Assembly: GCA_964612055.1 (NCBI GenBank) | Contig: CAZTBI010000001.1 | Span: 292,824 to 356,823, forward strand | DNA: 64,000 bases | Source: an uncultured Bdellovibrionales bacterium | Lineage (GTDB): Bacteria; Patescibacteriota; Minisyncoccia; Moranbacterales; UBA1568 | Reading direction: 5' to 3' | Shown here: positions 47,390 through 57,462 of the stretch, one piece after another | Layout: each line of letters starts with the position of its first letter | Position numbering within the stretch: the stretch's first letter is position 1 | Position numbers and translations under genes: made by a program | Notes under the pieces: model-generated | Seen by the model: the letters and a program-made list of their open reading frames with translations, nothing else | Databases searched by the model: none | Told to the model about the DNA's origin: nothing

Positions 47390-49105
47390 TTACTTCCCGT
47401 GTTTTTCTTCCAGGCGTTTCAAGACGCGGGTCACTTTCGACAGCGCTTCCTTTTCATAGGCCGCGTAGTCTGAGACGAGCGAAAGCTGTCCATTTTCCAA
47501 AAGATAGTTGGCCGAGAGCTCGACTCGTTCCAAAAATAACCGGTCGTGAGTGACGAGAAGAATGGTCCCAGGATAAATCGCCAGTGACTCCTCGAGCGCT
47601 TCAATAGCCTCCAGGTCAAGGTGATTGGTCGGTTCATCAAGCACCAAGACGTTGGCATGGAGCATCGAGAGGAGAGCAAGGATCAGACGGACGCGCTCAC
47701 CAGGACTGAGATACTTAATCTTGTCATCCAACACATCCGGTGAAAATTGAAACTCGGTGAGCATCAGTGACACCTGAAAGGCGTCAAAGTCCGGCAAGCG
47801 CTTCTTGAACAGTTCGCGTGGCGTTAACGCCTGAGAAATGTTTTCGTGCTCCTGCATGAGGTAGCCAAAAATTACCTTCTCACCACGAACCACCTCACCC
47901 CCAAGCGGTGTGAGCGCTCCAGTAATAGTTTGAAGGAGGGTCGACTTGCCCACACCGTTGTTCCCCAAAAAAGCAACACGGGTGCCAAGGGGAATTTCCA
48001 AATCTATCGGACCCCCCGAGAAAGATTTGGCCTCTTCAGATTTTTCCGGATAGCCAAAAACCAATTTTTTCAAAACAATGGTGCTCTCTTCATTCTTCTC
48101 GGTGGTAAGAACAATATCAAGTGGTGGGCGCTCCATTGGGCGCTCGACATCATCCAGTCGTTTCTCGCGACCCTGAAGCGCCGTAGCCGCGCTATCAAAT
48201 TTCCGGATAGCCCGTTCTTTTTTGAAATTAGCGGTGAGTTTATCGTGATCTGGCGTCTTCCGCTCTTTCACGCGCACCACCCATTCTTTTTTCTCGTCGA
48301 TTGATTCAAAGAGCCGCTCCCGCTCAGCTTCTTGCATCCGATACTGTTCCTTGTGCCGACGAAACGCATGTGCCTTCATCTCGGCGTATTCACTCCAACC
48401 ACCGGTATACATGACCGCTTCACGCTTGAACCAATCAATCTCGATCACCTTCTTCACCACGTGATCAAGAAAACGTCGATCATGGGAAGCGATAAGACAC
48501 GTCGCCTTGGAACGCTTCAGGTAATTTTCCAGCCACAAAAGCGCTGGGAGATCGAGGTTGTTCGTCGGTTCATCAAGAAACAAGATATCGACACCGCGAA
48601 GGAGTACGCCCGCCAATGCCGCTTTGCGTTTCTCACCACCAGAAAGTTCGGCGAGTGGTCGATTCAGTCCGACGTGCGAAAGAAACAGTCCTTCGAGGAT
48701 ACTTTTGGCCCGACGCTCGAAATCATAGCCGCCAAGACGCGTATAATCCGCCTGAACCAGTTCATACTGCGCGAGAGCCTCTTCTTCATCTAGTCGTGTC
48801 TCAAGTTGCTTCATCTCCACTTCCAATTCTTCCAATCCAGCCATGCGACGAAGATACTCAATCAGGGTCTCGTCCGGCAACGCACCAGTTTCCTGTGGTA
48901 AATATCCTACCAAACAACGATTCGGCACGATGCGCTCCCCTCTTTCAAAAGACTCCATACCAGCGGCAATCTTAAGCAAGGTCGATTTTCCGACACCATT
49001 CTGTCCCACGAGAGCCACTTTCTGGCCTTCCCCAATGGAAAAAGAGACCTTCTCGAGGACACGATGAATACCATAAATTTTCCGAACGTTTTTGAGCGTG
49101 AGCAT
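47390..49105 (-). CDS. ABC-F family ATP-binding protein
   Basis: Two Walker A (GQNGVGKST, GNNGVGKST), LSGGE/LSPGE, LDEPTNN/HLD; no TM. Confidence 0.92.
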   Translation of the reverse strand: MLTLKNVRKIYGIHRVLEKVSFSIGEGQKVALVGQNGVGKSTLLKIAAGMESFERGERIVPNRCLVGYLPQETGALPDETLIEYLRRMAGLEELEVEMKQLETRLDEEEALAQYELVQADYTRLGGYDFERRAKSILEGLFLSHVGLNRPLAELSGGEKRKAALAGVLLRGVDILFLDEPTNNLDLPALLWLENYLKRSKATCLIASHDRRFLDHVVKKVIEIDWFKREAVMYTGGWSEYAEMKAHAFRRHKEQYRMQEAERERLFESIDEKKEWVVRVKERKTPDHDKLTANFKKERAIRKFDSAATALQGREKRLDDVERPMERPPLDIVLTTEKNEESTIVLKKLVFGYPEKSEEAKSFSGGPIDLEIPLGTRVAFLGNNGVGKSTLLQTITGALTPLGGEVVRGEKVIFGYLMQEHENISQALTPRELFKKRLPDFDAFQVSLMLTEFQFSPDVLDDKIKYLSPGERVRLILALLSMLHANVLVLDEPTNHLDLEAIEALEESLAIYPGTILLVTHDRLFLERVELSANYLLENGQLSLVSDYAAYEKEALSKVTRVLKRLEEKHGK

Positions 49106-49299
49106 AAGGTATATAGAGTAACCCGTTTCCTAGAAAAAATCAAGTGCTTAGCTCCCTCTGCGTAGCTTTTCCATAGACTTGAGATTGTATTTTCTCTTGA
49201 CAAAGACGATTCTTTGGAGCTTAATTGGGAGTTAAAGATTCACGTCCGAAACCGCTCACTTCTGGCGCACAGAAGAGTCCTTTTCCAGAGGAGAAGAAC

Positions 49300-49812
49300 A
49301 TGGCCACAATTATCACGGCAAACCGACTGTTCAAGCCTGTCGTGACAGCTGAATTTGATTCCTGGGATCAACCTTGCGATTTCCTTGATTTCGCTGAGAG
49401 ACACAAGATCGGTGGTAGTGGGTCAGTATGGGAACGATTCGATCTCGAAGCGCTGTGGGTCGCTTCTCTTCCGCACCGGTCATACGTCGGTTGTGACGTA
49501 AGCCACTGGGGCGGCTCCAATCAAGAAATCGTGCAATGCTTCTACGGGTCTTACCTCATCGAACCCAAAAACATCGTTGGCTTCACCAGGGCACAGATGA
49601 ACGGCGAGCCCGGTCTCCTGACAACAAGCAGCAATCACGCCAGTGTGATGTACGCCCTGGACAGAAACGGACTCAAAGTCAGTATCCGTTTCCGCTGGAA
49701 CAACGGCCTTCGACGCTGGCTCTGGGAAGTGTCTGATTTCGACAAAGACTGCGGACACCTTCAGGGCACCAGAATCATCTTCCCTGGTACCATGGCCATC
49801 ATCGCCAGTTGA
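49300..49812 (+). CDS. Hypothetical protein
   Basis: ATG 49300 with SD GAGGAG; Trp-rich C-terminus; terminator follows. Confidence 0.65.
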   Translation: MATIITANRLFKPVVTAEFDSWDQPCDFLDFAERHKIGGSGSVWERFDLEALWVASLPHRSYVGCDVSHWGGSNQEIVQCFYGSYLIEPKNIVGFTRAQMNGEPGLLTTSSNHASVMYALDRNGLKVSIRFRWNNGLRRWLWEVSDFDKDCGHLQGTRIIFPGTMAIIAS

Positions 49813-49824
49813 ACACGCCATCAC

Positions 49825-49864
49825 AAAAGCCGCACAGAACAACAATTCTCACGTGCGGCTTTTT
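49825..49864. terminator. Intrinsic terminator
   Basis: AAAAGCCGCAC...GTGCGGCTTTT. Confidence 0.6.
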
Positions 49865-49889
49865 CATTTTCAAAAAAGAAGTTTCTCGA

Positions 49890-50012
49890 ACCAAAAATTC
49901 TCTTGGGCGACTTGGGAGTGAACTTGCATGGTTTTTGCGTAAGCAAAAAAGTTTGCTCACACGTCAGTCAAAACTACGCTGGGGTTTTGACGGCACAAGA
50001 GAGTTGTTTGGT
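49890..50012 (+). ncRNA. Structured dispersed element, copy B
   Basis: AATTCTCTTG/CAAGAGAGTT basal stem, GCATGGT bulge, CGCTGG loop. Confidence 0.55.
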
Positions 50013-50035
50013 GAGTGGAAATTCTTTAAGATTCA

Positions 50036-50542
50036 CTATAAACTTTTCAAGTATTCTTCTGTCTCTCGCAGTACCCGCTTGGCATTTGGAAACGTCAGAC
50101 GCTTCAGAGCAGGTTCATAGCGCTCCCAGGCAAACCCTTGGTGCTCATGCGAGAGCGTCACATTACTTTCTTTGGTTTCGGCCGGATAAAAATGTACTTG
50201 TTTGAAAATCCACAGACCATCTCCTTTTCGCAGACGCTTCTCGCGCTCTGTGCCCTTAGCAACATAGAAATAGCGCATACTCGAACGCTGCGGGAACACT
50301 CTCAAGTCTTTGATCCCTGATTCTTCCTCTGTTTCACGCCGTAGCGTCATTTCTTCGGTTTCGCCCGCCTCCACATGTCCTTTGGCAAAATCAAAGTGCC
50401 CGCTCGGATAATGAAGGAGCAGATACAGGCGCTTTCCTTCGACCGTACGAAAAAGAACCGACCCCACTGAGACCTCCCAGACCACCGGGCAGCCAAAAAC
50501 ACGCAACAGAAAGTAGAGCGGCTTCCAAACAGGTAATTTCAT
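50036..50542 (-). CDS. NUDIX hydrolase (Ap4A hydrolase-like)
   Basis: KGHVEAGETEEMTLRRETEEESG Nudix box; LSHEH. Confidence 0.88.
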   Translation of the reverse strand: MKLPVWKPLYFLLRVFGCPVVWEVSVGSVLFRTVEGKRLYLLLHYPSGHFDFAKGHVEAGETEEMTLRRETEEESGIKDLRVFPQRSSMRYFYVAKGTEREKRLRKGDGLWIFKQVHFYPAETKESNVTLSHEHQGFAWERYEPALKRLTFPNAKRVLRETEEYLKSL

Positions 50543-50611
50543 AGATTCATTGACAGAAGTGTTTCTTACTCCTACTGTAACATAATATAGAGAATTTCCT
50601 CAAAAATCCCC

Positions 50612-52669
50612 ATGACCATTGATTCTGTCAAAAAACCTCTCTTTTCCATCTTTTTAGAAATTCTCTTCGTTGGAACACTCATTGTAAGCGGTATCGCCAT
50701 CGGCTCTCTTGCTGTTTACTTCTTTGGCATCCCAAGCATCGAAAATATCCGCTCCTACCCCTGGAAACTCCCCACTCATATCTATGACCGAACTGGTACC
50801 GTAGAACTGTACCGCCTCTACGACGAGGAGAACCGCATCCTCCTTTCACACGACGCCATTCCGGACTCTTTGCGCCTTGCTACCATCGCTTCAGAAGACG
50901 TCCACTTCTACAGCCACAAAGGTGTCGATCCGGCCGCCATCTTCCGTGCCCTCGTTGCCAATCTTTCAAGTGGCGAGATCGAACAAGGAGCCTCAACTAT
51001 CACCCAGCAGCTCGCCCGCGCCCTCTTCCTCACAAACGAACGCACCCTCGGAAGAAAGATCCGCGAGGCCATGCTCGCTATCAAGATCGACCGCACCCTT
51101 TCGAAAGACGAGGTTCTCGATCTCTACTTAAACACCGTCCCCTACGGAGCCAACACCTACGGTGTCGAAGCGGCTTCCCAAATGTTTTTCCAGAAACATG
51201 CGAGCGAACTCTCGCTTGATGAAAGCGCCCTCCTCGCCGCCCTCCCCAATGCTCCGACCTATTTTTCTCCCTACAAAGATCATGTGCAGGAACTCAAAGA
51301 ACGCCAGAAAGGCATATTGAACAAAATGTATACTCAAAAGCTCATCCCGAGATCAGAGTTCAGAGAGGCACTGACTGTTGATACCTTAGTAGAAATCACG
51401 CCTCGTGAGGAACCGATCATCGCTCCACATTTTGTCTTCGCTGTCATTGATGAACTGAAGAAGAAATATTCCGAAGCAGAACTCCGTACCAATGGACTGA
51501 AAATTATCACTACGCTTGATCTCGATCTTCAAAAAACTGCCGAAGAGGTAGTGCGTGATGGCGCTGCCAAAAACTTGGCTCGTGGTGCCGAAAATGCTGC
51601 TCTCGTAGCACTCGATGCCAAGACCGGAGACGTCCTCGCTATGGTTGGCTCGCGTGACTATTTTGACCAGAGTATTGATGGCCAGGTAAATGTCACACTC
51701 GAAAAACGCCAGCCTGGATCTGCCTTCAAGCCCTTTGCCTACGCTACAGCCTTTGAAAAAGGCTATCAACCAGAAACACCTATTGACGACCACCAAATTA
51801 ATTTCGGTCCTGACGGTTCGGGCCATGACTATATTCCCCAAAACTATGACGGAAAATTCCACGGCCTCATGACGATGCGCCAGGCTCTCGCCATGTCACT
51901 CAATGTCCCCGCTGTCCAAACGCTCAGGCTCGCCGGCATCTCTGACACGATCGATCTCGCCACCAGTCTCGGCATCACAACTCTCACCGATCCAAAACGT
52001 TACGGCTTGTCGCTTGTTTTAGGCGGCGCAGAAGTGCGACCGATCGATATGGCCAACGCCTTTTCTGTTTTCGGACAAGAAGGCTACACTCATCCGACCA
52101 ATAGCATTGCCAAAATCATTGATCGTTCTGGTCAGGAAGTTGCTTTTCGTGAGCCAGTGGAGAAGAAAAAAGTACTCGATACAGAGGTGGCTCGAAAAAT
52201 TAATTCCATTCTTTCGGATAATGCCGCTCGCACTCCTATTTTTGGCCCTCGTAGTCCGCTCGCTTTTCCAGACGGAATAAAAGTAGCTGCCAAAACCGGT
52301 ACGACTCAAAATTTCCGCGACGCCTGGACGGTAGGCTACACCCCTTCCATTGCCGTCGCTGTCTGGGCTGGCAATAATGACAATCGCCCCATGGCCGCTG
52401 GAGCAGATGGTATCTTTGTCGCCGCTCCTCTCTGGCGCGCCTTCATGGATGCGGCCCTGGAACGTTTCCCCGAAACTGGCTTCGTTGCGTACAAGGAAGA
52501 GGCAACAAAAAAGGATATTCCTCTTCCCGTTGTACCAGGAAGAACTATCTACATCGACAAAAAAACTGGGCGCGAGATCCCAGAGAGCCAGGCCAAGAAA
52601 CTGAAAAAAAGTCGCGTCGAGAAATACATTGTCGAAGCCGAACCAATCAAAGAAGAAGGATCCTTCTAA
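50612..52669 (+). CDS. Class A penicillin-binding protein (PBP1A family)
   Basis: SEDVHFYSHKGVD, GASTITQQLA, RKIRE, RQPGSAFK, SLN, KTGT. Confidence 0.93.
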   Translation: MTIDSVKKPLFSIFLEILFVGTLIVSGIAIGSLAVYFFGIPSIENIRSYPWKLPTHIYDRTGTVELYRLYDEENRILLSHDAIPDSLRLATIASEDVHFYSHKGVDPAAIFRALVANLSSGEIEQGASTITQQLARALFLTNERTLGRKIREAMLAIKIDRTLSKDEVLDLYLNTVPYGANTYGVEAASQMFFQKHASELSLDESALLAALPNAPTYFSPYKDHVQELKERQKGILNKMYTQKLIPRSEFREALTVDTLVEITPREEPIIAPHFVFAVIDELKKKYSEAELRTNGLKIITTLDLDLQKTAEEVVRDGAAKNLARGAENAALVALDAKTGDVLAMVGSRDYFDQSIDGQVNVTLEKRQPGSAFKPFAYATAFEKGYQPETPIDDHQINFGPDGSGHDYIPQNYDGKFHGLMTMRQALAMSLNVPAVQTLRLAGISDTIDLATSLGITTLTDPKRYGLSLVLGGAEVRPIDMANAFSVFGQEGYTHPTNSIAKIIDRSGQEVAFREPVEKKKVLDTEVARKINSILSDNAARTPIFGPRSPLAFPDGIKVAAKTGTTQNFRDAWTVGYTPSIAVAVWAGNNDNRPMAAGADGIFVAAPLWRAFMDAALERFPETGFVAYKEEATKKDIPLPVVPGRTIYIDKKTGREIPESQAKKLKKSRVEKYIVEAEPIKEEGSF

Positions 52670-53922
52670 TCTTTCCGCAGCGCTTCCATAGGAGTGAGTG
52701 AGGCGGCGCGGTAGGCTGGAGCCAAACCAAAGATGATGCCGACCGCTGTCGAAAATCCCACCCCAAGAAGAAATGACTGGAGGGAAAAAGAAAGCGGAAG
52801 CGGAAAGCCGAATGAAGCAAAAAGATAGCCGAGCGCCACCGTGAGCAACATCCCGAGAAGAATACCAATCAGTCCGCCAAGAAGCGTGATGATGAGCGCT
52901 TCAAAGAGGAACTGTTGCAAAATACTGCGCGACGTTGCGCCGACAGCCTTACGCAAACCGATTTCAGACGTGCGCTCAGAAACAGAGACGTACATGACAT
53001 TCATAATACCAACACCGCCGACCACGAGCGAGATAGAGGTCAGCGCCAAGAGCAAGATAGAAAGCGAACCCAAGATATCACTGAACGTCGCTTGAGCCTC
53101 TTTCGTAGAAGTCACCGAAAAATCATCTTTGTCAGGGTTATCGATATCGTGCCGCTTCCGGAGCAAGGCTACGATATCCGCCACGGTTTCTGCTTCCCGG
53201 CTCGGTTCATCCATCTTTACTGAAACAAACTGCACATAATCGACGCCGAGGAGTTTCTTCTGGAGCGTTTGCACCGGAACGTACGTAAAAGTATCAAAAT
53301 TGAGAAATGCGACCGCGCCACGTGATGCGAGCACTCCAATGACTCGGTACTTCTCACCCTTCAAGGTGATGTACTGCCCCACCGCATCACCGCCACCGAA
53401 AAACGTCTCTTTGGTGTCACTCCCAAGTACTGCAACCTGAGCAAGACTGTCATCCTCTTCTTCAGTAAAAAAACGTCCGCTTTCGAGCTTCAAGTTTCCA
53501 TCAACCAGCGCTACGTCCGCTCCTGTGCCGAAAAGCGAGATACGTTTCCCGATTGATCCGTAGGTGGCGCGCTCCTGACCGATCGTCCCCGCATAGACCG
53601 CAGACACATTCCCAAGTTTTTTTATCGCTTCACCATCCTTGACTGTCAGTGTCGTAATCTGTGTTCCTTGGGCCCGAGACGTTGAATTTTCACTCGACAT
53701 GGCCGTGGTATTCGGAATTTTTACCTCGACCTGAATAAGGTCCGAACCGAAGCTTTCGACCTGACCCAGTATGAAGCCTTTCACTCCTTCACCCAGGCTT
53801 GTCACCACCACCACCGCAAAAACACCGATAACGACACCGAGCAATGCCAAAGCAGTCCGCGCCCTATGAGTGCGGATCGTTTTTATGGCGAAGAAAAGTG
53901 GAATGAAAAGTTTTTTACCCAT
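52666..53922 (-). CDS. MacB-like ABC transporter permease
   Basis: LGVVIGV, VGGVGIMNVM.VSV.ERT.EIGLRKAVGA. Confidence 0.9.
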   Translation of the reverse strand: MGKKLFIPLFFAIKTIRTHRARTALALLGVVIGVFAVVVVTSLGEGVKGFILGQVESFGSDLIQVEVKIPNTTAMSSENSTSRAQGTQITTLTVKDGEAIKKLGNVSAVYAGTIGQERATYGSIGKRISLFGTGADVALVDGNLKLESGRFFTEEEDDSLAQVAVLGSDTKETFFGGGDAVGQYITLKGEKYRVIGVLASRGAVAFLNFDTFTYVPVQTLQKKLLGVDYVQFVSVKMDEPSREAETVADIVALLRKRHDIDNPDKDDFSVTSTKEAQATFSDILGSLSILLLALTSISLVVGGVGIMNVMYVSVSERTSEIGLRKAVGATSRSILQQFLFEALIITLLGGLIGILLGMLLTVALGYLFASFGFPLPLSFSLQSFLLGVGFSTAVGIIFGLAPAYRAASLTPMEALRKD

Positions 53923-53925
53923 ATT

Positions 53926-55167
53926 TTACTCGTAACGAAGAGCTTCCATAGGACTGACTCGTGAGGCCTTGAAAGCAGGATACAAACCAAACGTGATACC
54001 AATAGCAAGAGAAACTGTAAAACCAATAATGACCGAGGAAAGCGGCACCAAGAACTGCCATTCATAGCCCAGTCGCGGAATGATGAGTGCTGCTATGTAA
54101 GCAATAAAAATACCAAAGAGAATACCAATACATCCACCGATAAGCGTCACGCAGGAAGATTCGATCAGAAACTGAGTCATGATATGGACCGGTCGTGCGC
54201 CCACCGCTTTGCGCAAACCGATCTCACGGATCCGTTGAGATACGGAAATAAGCATGGAATTCATGATACCGATACCGCCAACCAAAAGTGAGATCGAGGC
54301 GATGGCGATGAGAAAGTACTTGAGCACATCAGTGATACTGGTCAAAATCCCCAGTGCTGCCTTGGTGCTTCGTACCGAAAAATCAGATTCTTCATCTTCA
54401 TCCAAATCATGACGCTTACGAAGCAGCTCCGTCATATCAGCCATCGTCCGTTCAATATTCTCCGGAGCATCGACTTTGCCACGCGCAAAGTTAAGGTAGT
54501 TGATACCCAAGAGAATCTTTTGCGCTGTTTCCAGCGGCACGAAGATAAGAGCGTCTGGATTAGAAAAAGCTGCCGAACCACGCTCTTCCAGTACCCCGAT
54601 AACCTTGAAAGGATTTTTCTTGATTGTGACGACTTCTCCGATGGGATCACGATCCGGAAAAAGATCTGCGGCACGCGTCGCTCCGAGCACGACGACACGA
54701 GAGAGATCATTTTCTTCTTCAGCAAAAAAGAAGCGCCCTGATGCGACTGCGATATTTTCCACTTCGATCATATCCGGAGAAACCCCCTGGAAACTCGCTT
54801 CAAACGATTCGGTCGGTGATTCGACTGTGGCGGAACCACTGACATAGCCAGAAATCGCTGAAAGATGCGGAACATTACGCCTCTCACGGAGCGCCTTCAG
54901 GTCATCGTTCTTGAACGTGGTCGTGATAATCCCGAGCGCCGAGGCCGGCGGCCCCTCTTCTTCAGAGGCCCCCGGAAGAACTGCTATCAGATTCGATCCG
55001 ACATTCTCCACTTGGGACAAGACCAGTTTCTGAGCACTGGCTCCGATAGCCATGACCATAATCACCGCCGCCACCCCAATCACTACACCGAGCACTGTCA
55101 ACAAAAATCGCAGTTTCGAACTCGCGAGTGACCGATAGGTTATTTTGATCGGATCTGAGAACTTCAT
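53926..55167 (-). CDS. MacB-like ABC transporter permease
   Basis: LTVLGVVIGV, VGGIGIMN.M, REIGLRKAVGA, PMEALRYE. Confidence 0.9.
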   Translation of the reverse strand: MKFSDPIKITYRSLASSKLRFLLTVLGVVIGVAAVIMVMAIGASAQKLVLSQVENVGSNLIAVLPGASEEEGPPASALGIITTTFKNDDLKALRERRNVPHLSAISGYVSGSATVESPTESFEASFQGVSPDMIEVENIAVASGRFFFAEEENDLSRVVVLGATRAADLFPDRDPIGEVVTIKKNPFKVIGVLEERGSAAFSNPDALIFVPLETAQKILLGINYLNFARGKVDAPENIERTMADMTELLRKRHDLDEDEESDFSVRSTKAALGILTSITDVLKYFLIAIASISLLVGGIGIMNSMLISVSQRIREIGLRKAVGARPVHIMTQFLIESSCVTLIGGCIGILFGIFIAYIAALIIPRLGYEWQFLVPLSSVIIGFTVSLAIGITFGLYPAFKASRVSPMEALRYE

Positions 55168-55205
55168 AATTCTTGCGGTACCTGATACTCCAACAAAAAG
55201 CTCGT

Positions 55206-55928
55206 TTATTTCAAAAGTTCTGTCTCGGCAGTGGCAAAACGGCGCTCTCGGACTGATTCATCAGCCACGATTTGACCGTCTACCATACGAAGGATGCGCT
55301 TGGCATGTTCGGCCGTCGAAGTTTCGTGAGTCACAAGCACGATAGTTTTTCCAGCCTCATTTAACTGTTGCAGTATCGCCATCACCTGCAGCCCTGACTT
55401 GGAGTCGAGGTTGCCAGTCGGCTCATCGGCAAAGATAATTTCTGGGTTATTCACCAGGGCGCGCGCGATAGCGACGCGCTGTTTCTCTCCTCCCGAAAGC
55501 TGGTTGGAAAGATATTTCTCTCGGTGGAGCAATCCGACCGCCTCCAATGCCGCCTTCACCCGCTTCTCATTGGATTCCGTCACGATATCGTCATAGAGTA
55601 GCGGCAGCTCCACATTCTCAAAGACACTGGTCTTTGGAAGGAGGTTAAAAGCTTGAAACACAAACCCGATCTTCTTATTGCGAAGCTTGGCAAGTTCATC
55701 ATCCGTAAAACCAGTCACGTCTTTCCCATCGAGTTCATAGGCTCCGCCACTCGCACGATCGAGGAGTCCAAGCACTTGCATGAGCGTCGATTTCCCAGAA
55801 CCAGAGGGTCCCATGATGGCGAGAAATTCCCCCTTCTCAATAACAAAACTCGCACTAGACAGAGCGCGCGTCGCTACGCCTTCATTTTCATAGACCTTCT
55901 CAAGATTGTGGACAGAAATCAGGCTCAT
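55206..55928 (-). CDS. ABC transporter ATP-binding protein (LolD/MacB type)
   Basis: [34 protein letters not shown]. Confidence 0.93.
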   Translation of the reverse strand: MSLISVHNLEKVYENEGVATRALSSASFVIEKGEFLAIMGPSGSGKSTLMQVLGLLDRASGGAYELDGKDVTGFTDDELAKLRNKKIGFVFQAFNLLPKTSVFENVELPLLYDDIVTESNEKRVKAALEAVGLLHREKYLSNQLSGGEKQRVAIARALVNNPEIIFADEPTGNLDSKSGLQVMAILQQLNEAGKTIVLVTHETSTAEHAKRILRMVDGQIVADESVRERRFATAETELLK

Positions 55929-56923
55929 TTCTTTTGTGTCGCCCCAATAGTCACCTCGTCACCTTCTTTCAGTCCTGACTTCACTTCTACCGTTCCTTCA
56001 TCGCCCTCGAGACCAGTAGTCACTTCCACTCTTTCGAAGCTTTCAGGACCACGCTTCACCTCTGCGTATGTTTTGATTCCTTCTTTCGCCAAAGCACGAT
56101 ACGGTACCCAGAGAACACCAGTACGCTTGGCCGTCTCGACATCAATATTGCCCGTCATGCCCTCTTTCAGACGCTCATCAGCCTTACTGAGACGAAACTT
56201 CACTTTGTACGAAACCACGTCCTGTACTACCGTTGCGGCTGGATCGATACTCACTACTTCCCCTTCGAAGATATCATCGTTGGTAAGCGAGTCGAAAGTC
56301 ACTTTCGCCTTCATACCGAGCATCACCTTGGCGATATCTGATTCCGGAACCCGTGATTCAAGCAGATAGCTACCTGGCTTGATCACACGAGCAATGACCT
56401 CACCCAACGTCACCACCTCACCCACGCGAGCATCAAATTTCGAAATCTGCCCAGCCATCGGCGAATGCATCACGCTTTCTTTCATTTGCGCCTCAAGTGT
56501 TCGAGCTTTCTCACGAGCCTGTTCGGAAGCGATTTTCTTTGCTCGACGTTCTTCTGGATCATAGTCATTCTTGTTCCGGAGATACAACTGCTCATTTTGC
56601 ACCGCGATATCAGCCGCCAAACGAGCATCTTTCAACTGAGAGAAAAGCACCTCTCGATCAAGTGAGGCAATTGTTTGCCCTTGCGTGACCATGTCACCGA
56701 TGTGCGCCATGACAGCATCAATCGTTCCAGCGCCAGGAAAGGAAAGGTCGGCATACTCTTCTGGTACGAGCTCACCAGTCACACTCACCGTTTCCGCTAC
56801 ATCGCCACGCTTCACCACCTCGGTCTGCACTACTTCCCCGGTCGAACGATGGCTGAAGTAATAGTACCCGCCTCCGATCAGAAGGAGGCCGATAATAACG
56901 ATAATGATCTTTTTCTTACTCAT
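55925..56923 (-). CDS. Efflux membrane-fusion (MacA-like) adaptor protein
   Basis: N-terminal TM, lipoyl halves (G.V..GQ.IA.LD; SPMAG), VKSGL.EGD.V; start moved to ATG 56923. Confidence 0.87.
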   Translation of the reverse strand: MSKKKIIIVIIGLLLIGGGYYYFSHRSTGEVVQTEVVKRGDVAETVSVTGELVPEEYADLSFPGAGTIDAVMAHIGDMVTQGQTIASLDREVLFSQLKDARLAADIAVQNEQLYLRNKNDYDPEERRAKKIASEQAREKARTLEAQMKESVMHSPMAGQISKFDARVGEVVTLGEVIARVIKPGSYLLESRVPESDIAKVMLGMKAKVTFDSLTNDDIFEGEVVSIDPAATVVQDVVSYKVKFRLSKADERLKEGMTGNIDVETAKRTGVLWVPYRALAKEGIKTYAEVKRGPESFERVEVTTGLEGDEGTVEVKSGLKEGDEVTIGATQKK

Positions 56924-56927
56924 ATTT

Positions 56928-57356
56928 TTACAAGAGTGATTTCTGTTTTGTAGCCTGGTCCATAGCCTTATTAGCCTCGGCATCAGCCACGGTGTTAAAT
57001 TCACGGCGCACATGGACAAACTGTACTTCAGCGAAATCAAGCGTCAGATTCCAGACCTGAAAAAAGAGCGGCTGGAGCTTTTCGTTTTCGATCTTATAAA
57101 TGTGATTGAGCTGCCGACAAGCCAATTCTGAATCCATCCGACATTCTACCCTCGTTTTCTTGGCTTTTTCTTTCCCAACGAGCGCCTTGATTTTTTTCAG
57201 TCCCGCGACGATAGCTGCGTACTCAGCCTCATTGTTCGTCTTGATACCAAGAAATTCTCCAAACGCCTTATCAAGCGTCTCGATATAGACACCCAAAGCT
57301 GCTGGTCCCGGATTGCCCCGCGACCCCCCATCGCTATACATAATAATTTTCTCCAT
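56928..57356 (-). CDS. rnhA: Ribonuclease HI family
   Basis: SDGGSRGNPG, TNNEAEY, DSEL, HVRRE.N..AD. Confidence 0.9.
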   Translation of the reverse strand: MEKIIMYSDGGSRGNPGPAALGVYIETLDKAFGEFLGIKTNNEAEYAAIVAGLKKIKALVGKEKAKKTRVECRMDSELACRQLNHIYKIENEKLQPLFFQVWNLTLDFAEVQFVHVRREFNTVADAEANKAMDQATKQKSLL

Positions 57357-57391
57357 ACATTCATTATATCAGAAAAACCTATTACTAAAAA

Positions 57392-57462
57392 AAGCGAGTG
57401 GAACGAAAGTTCACTTTCGTTTCCGAGCGAGTGCCAGTAAAATCAGGCGAATGCCTGTTATT
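57392..57462. repeat. 71-bp dispersed repeat, copy 2
   Basis: 63/71 identical to 17604-17674; overlaps the recJ stop codon. Confidence 0.8.

Noticed and set aside
52666-56923. MacAB-like exporter lacking TolC as a novelty
   Set aside because: Common arrangement in monoderm bacteria
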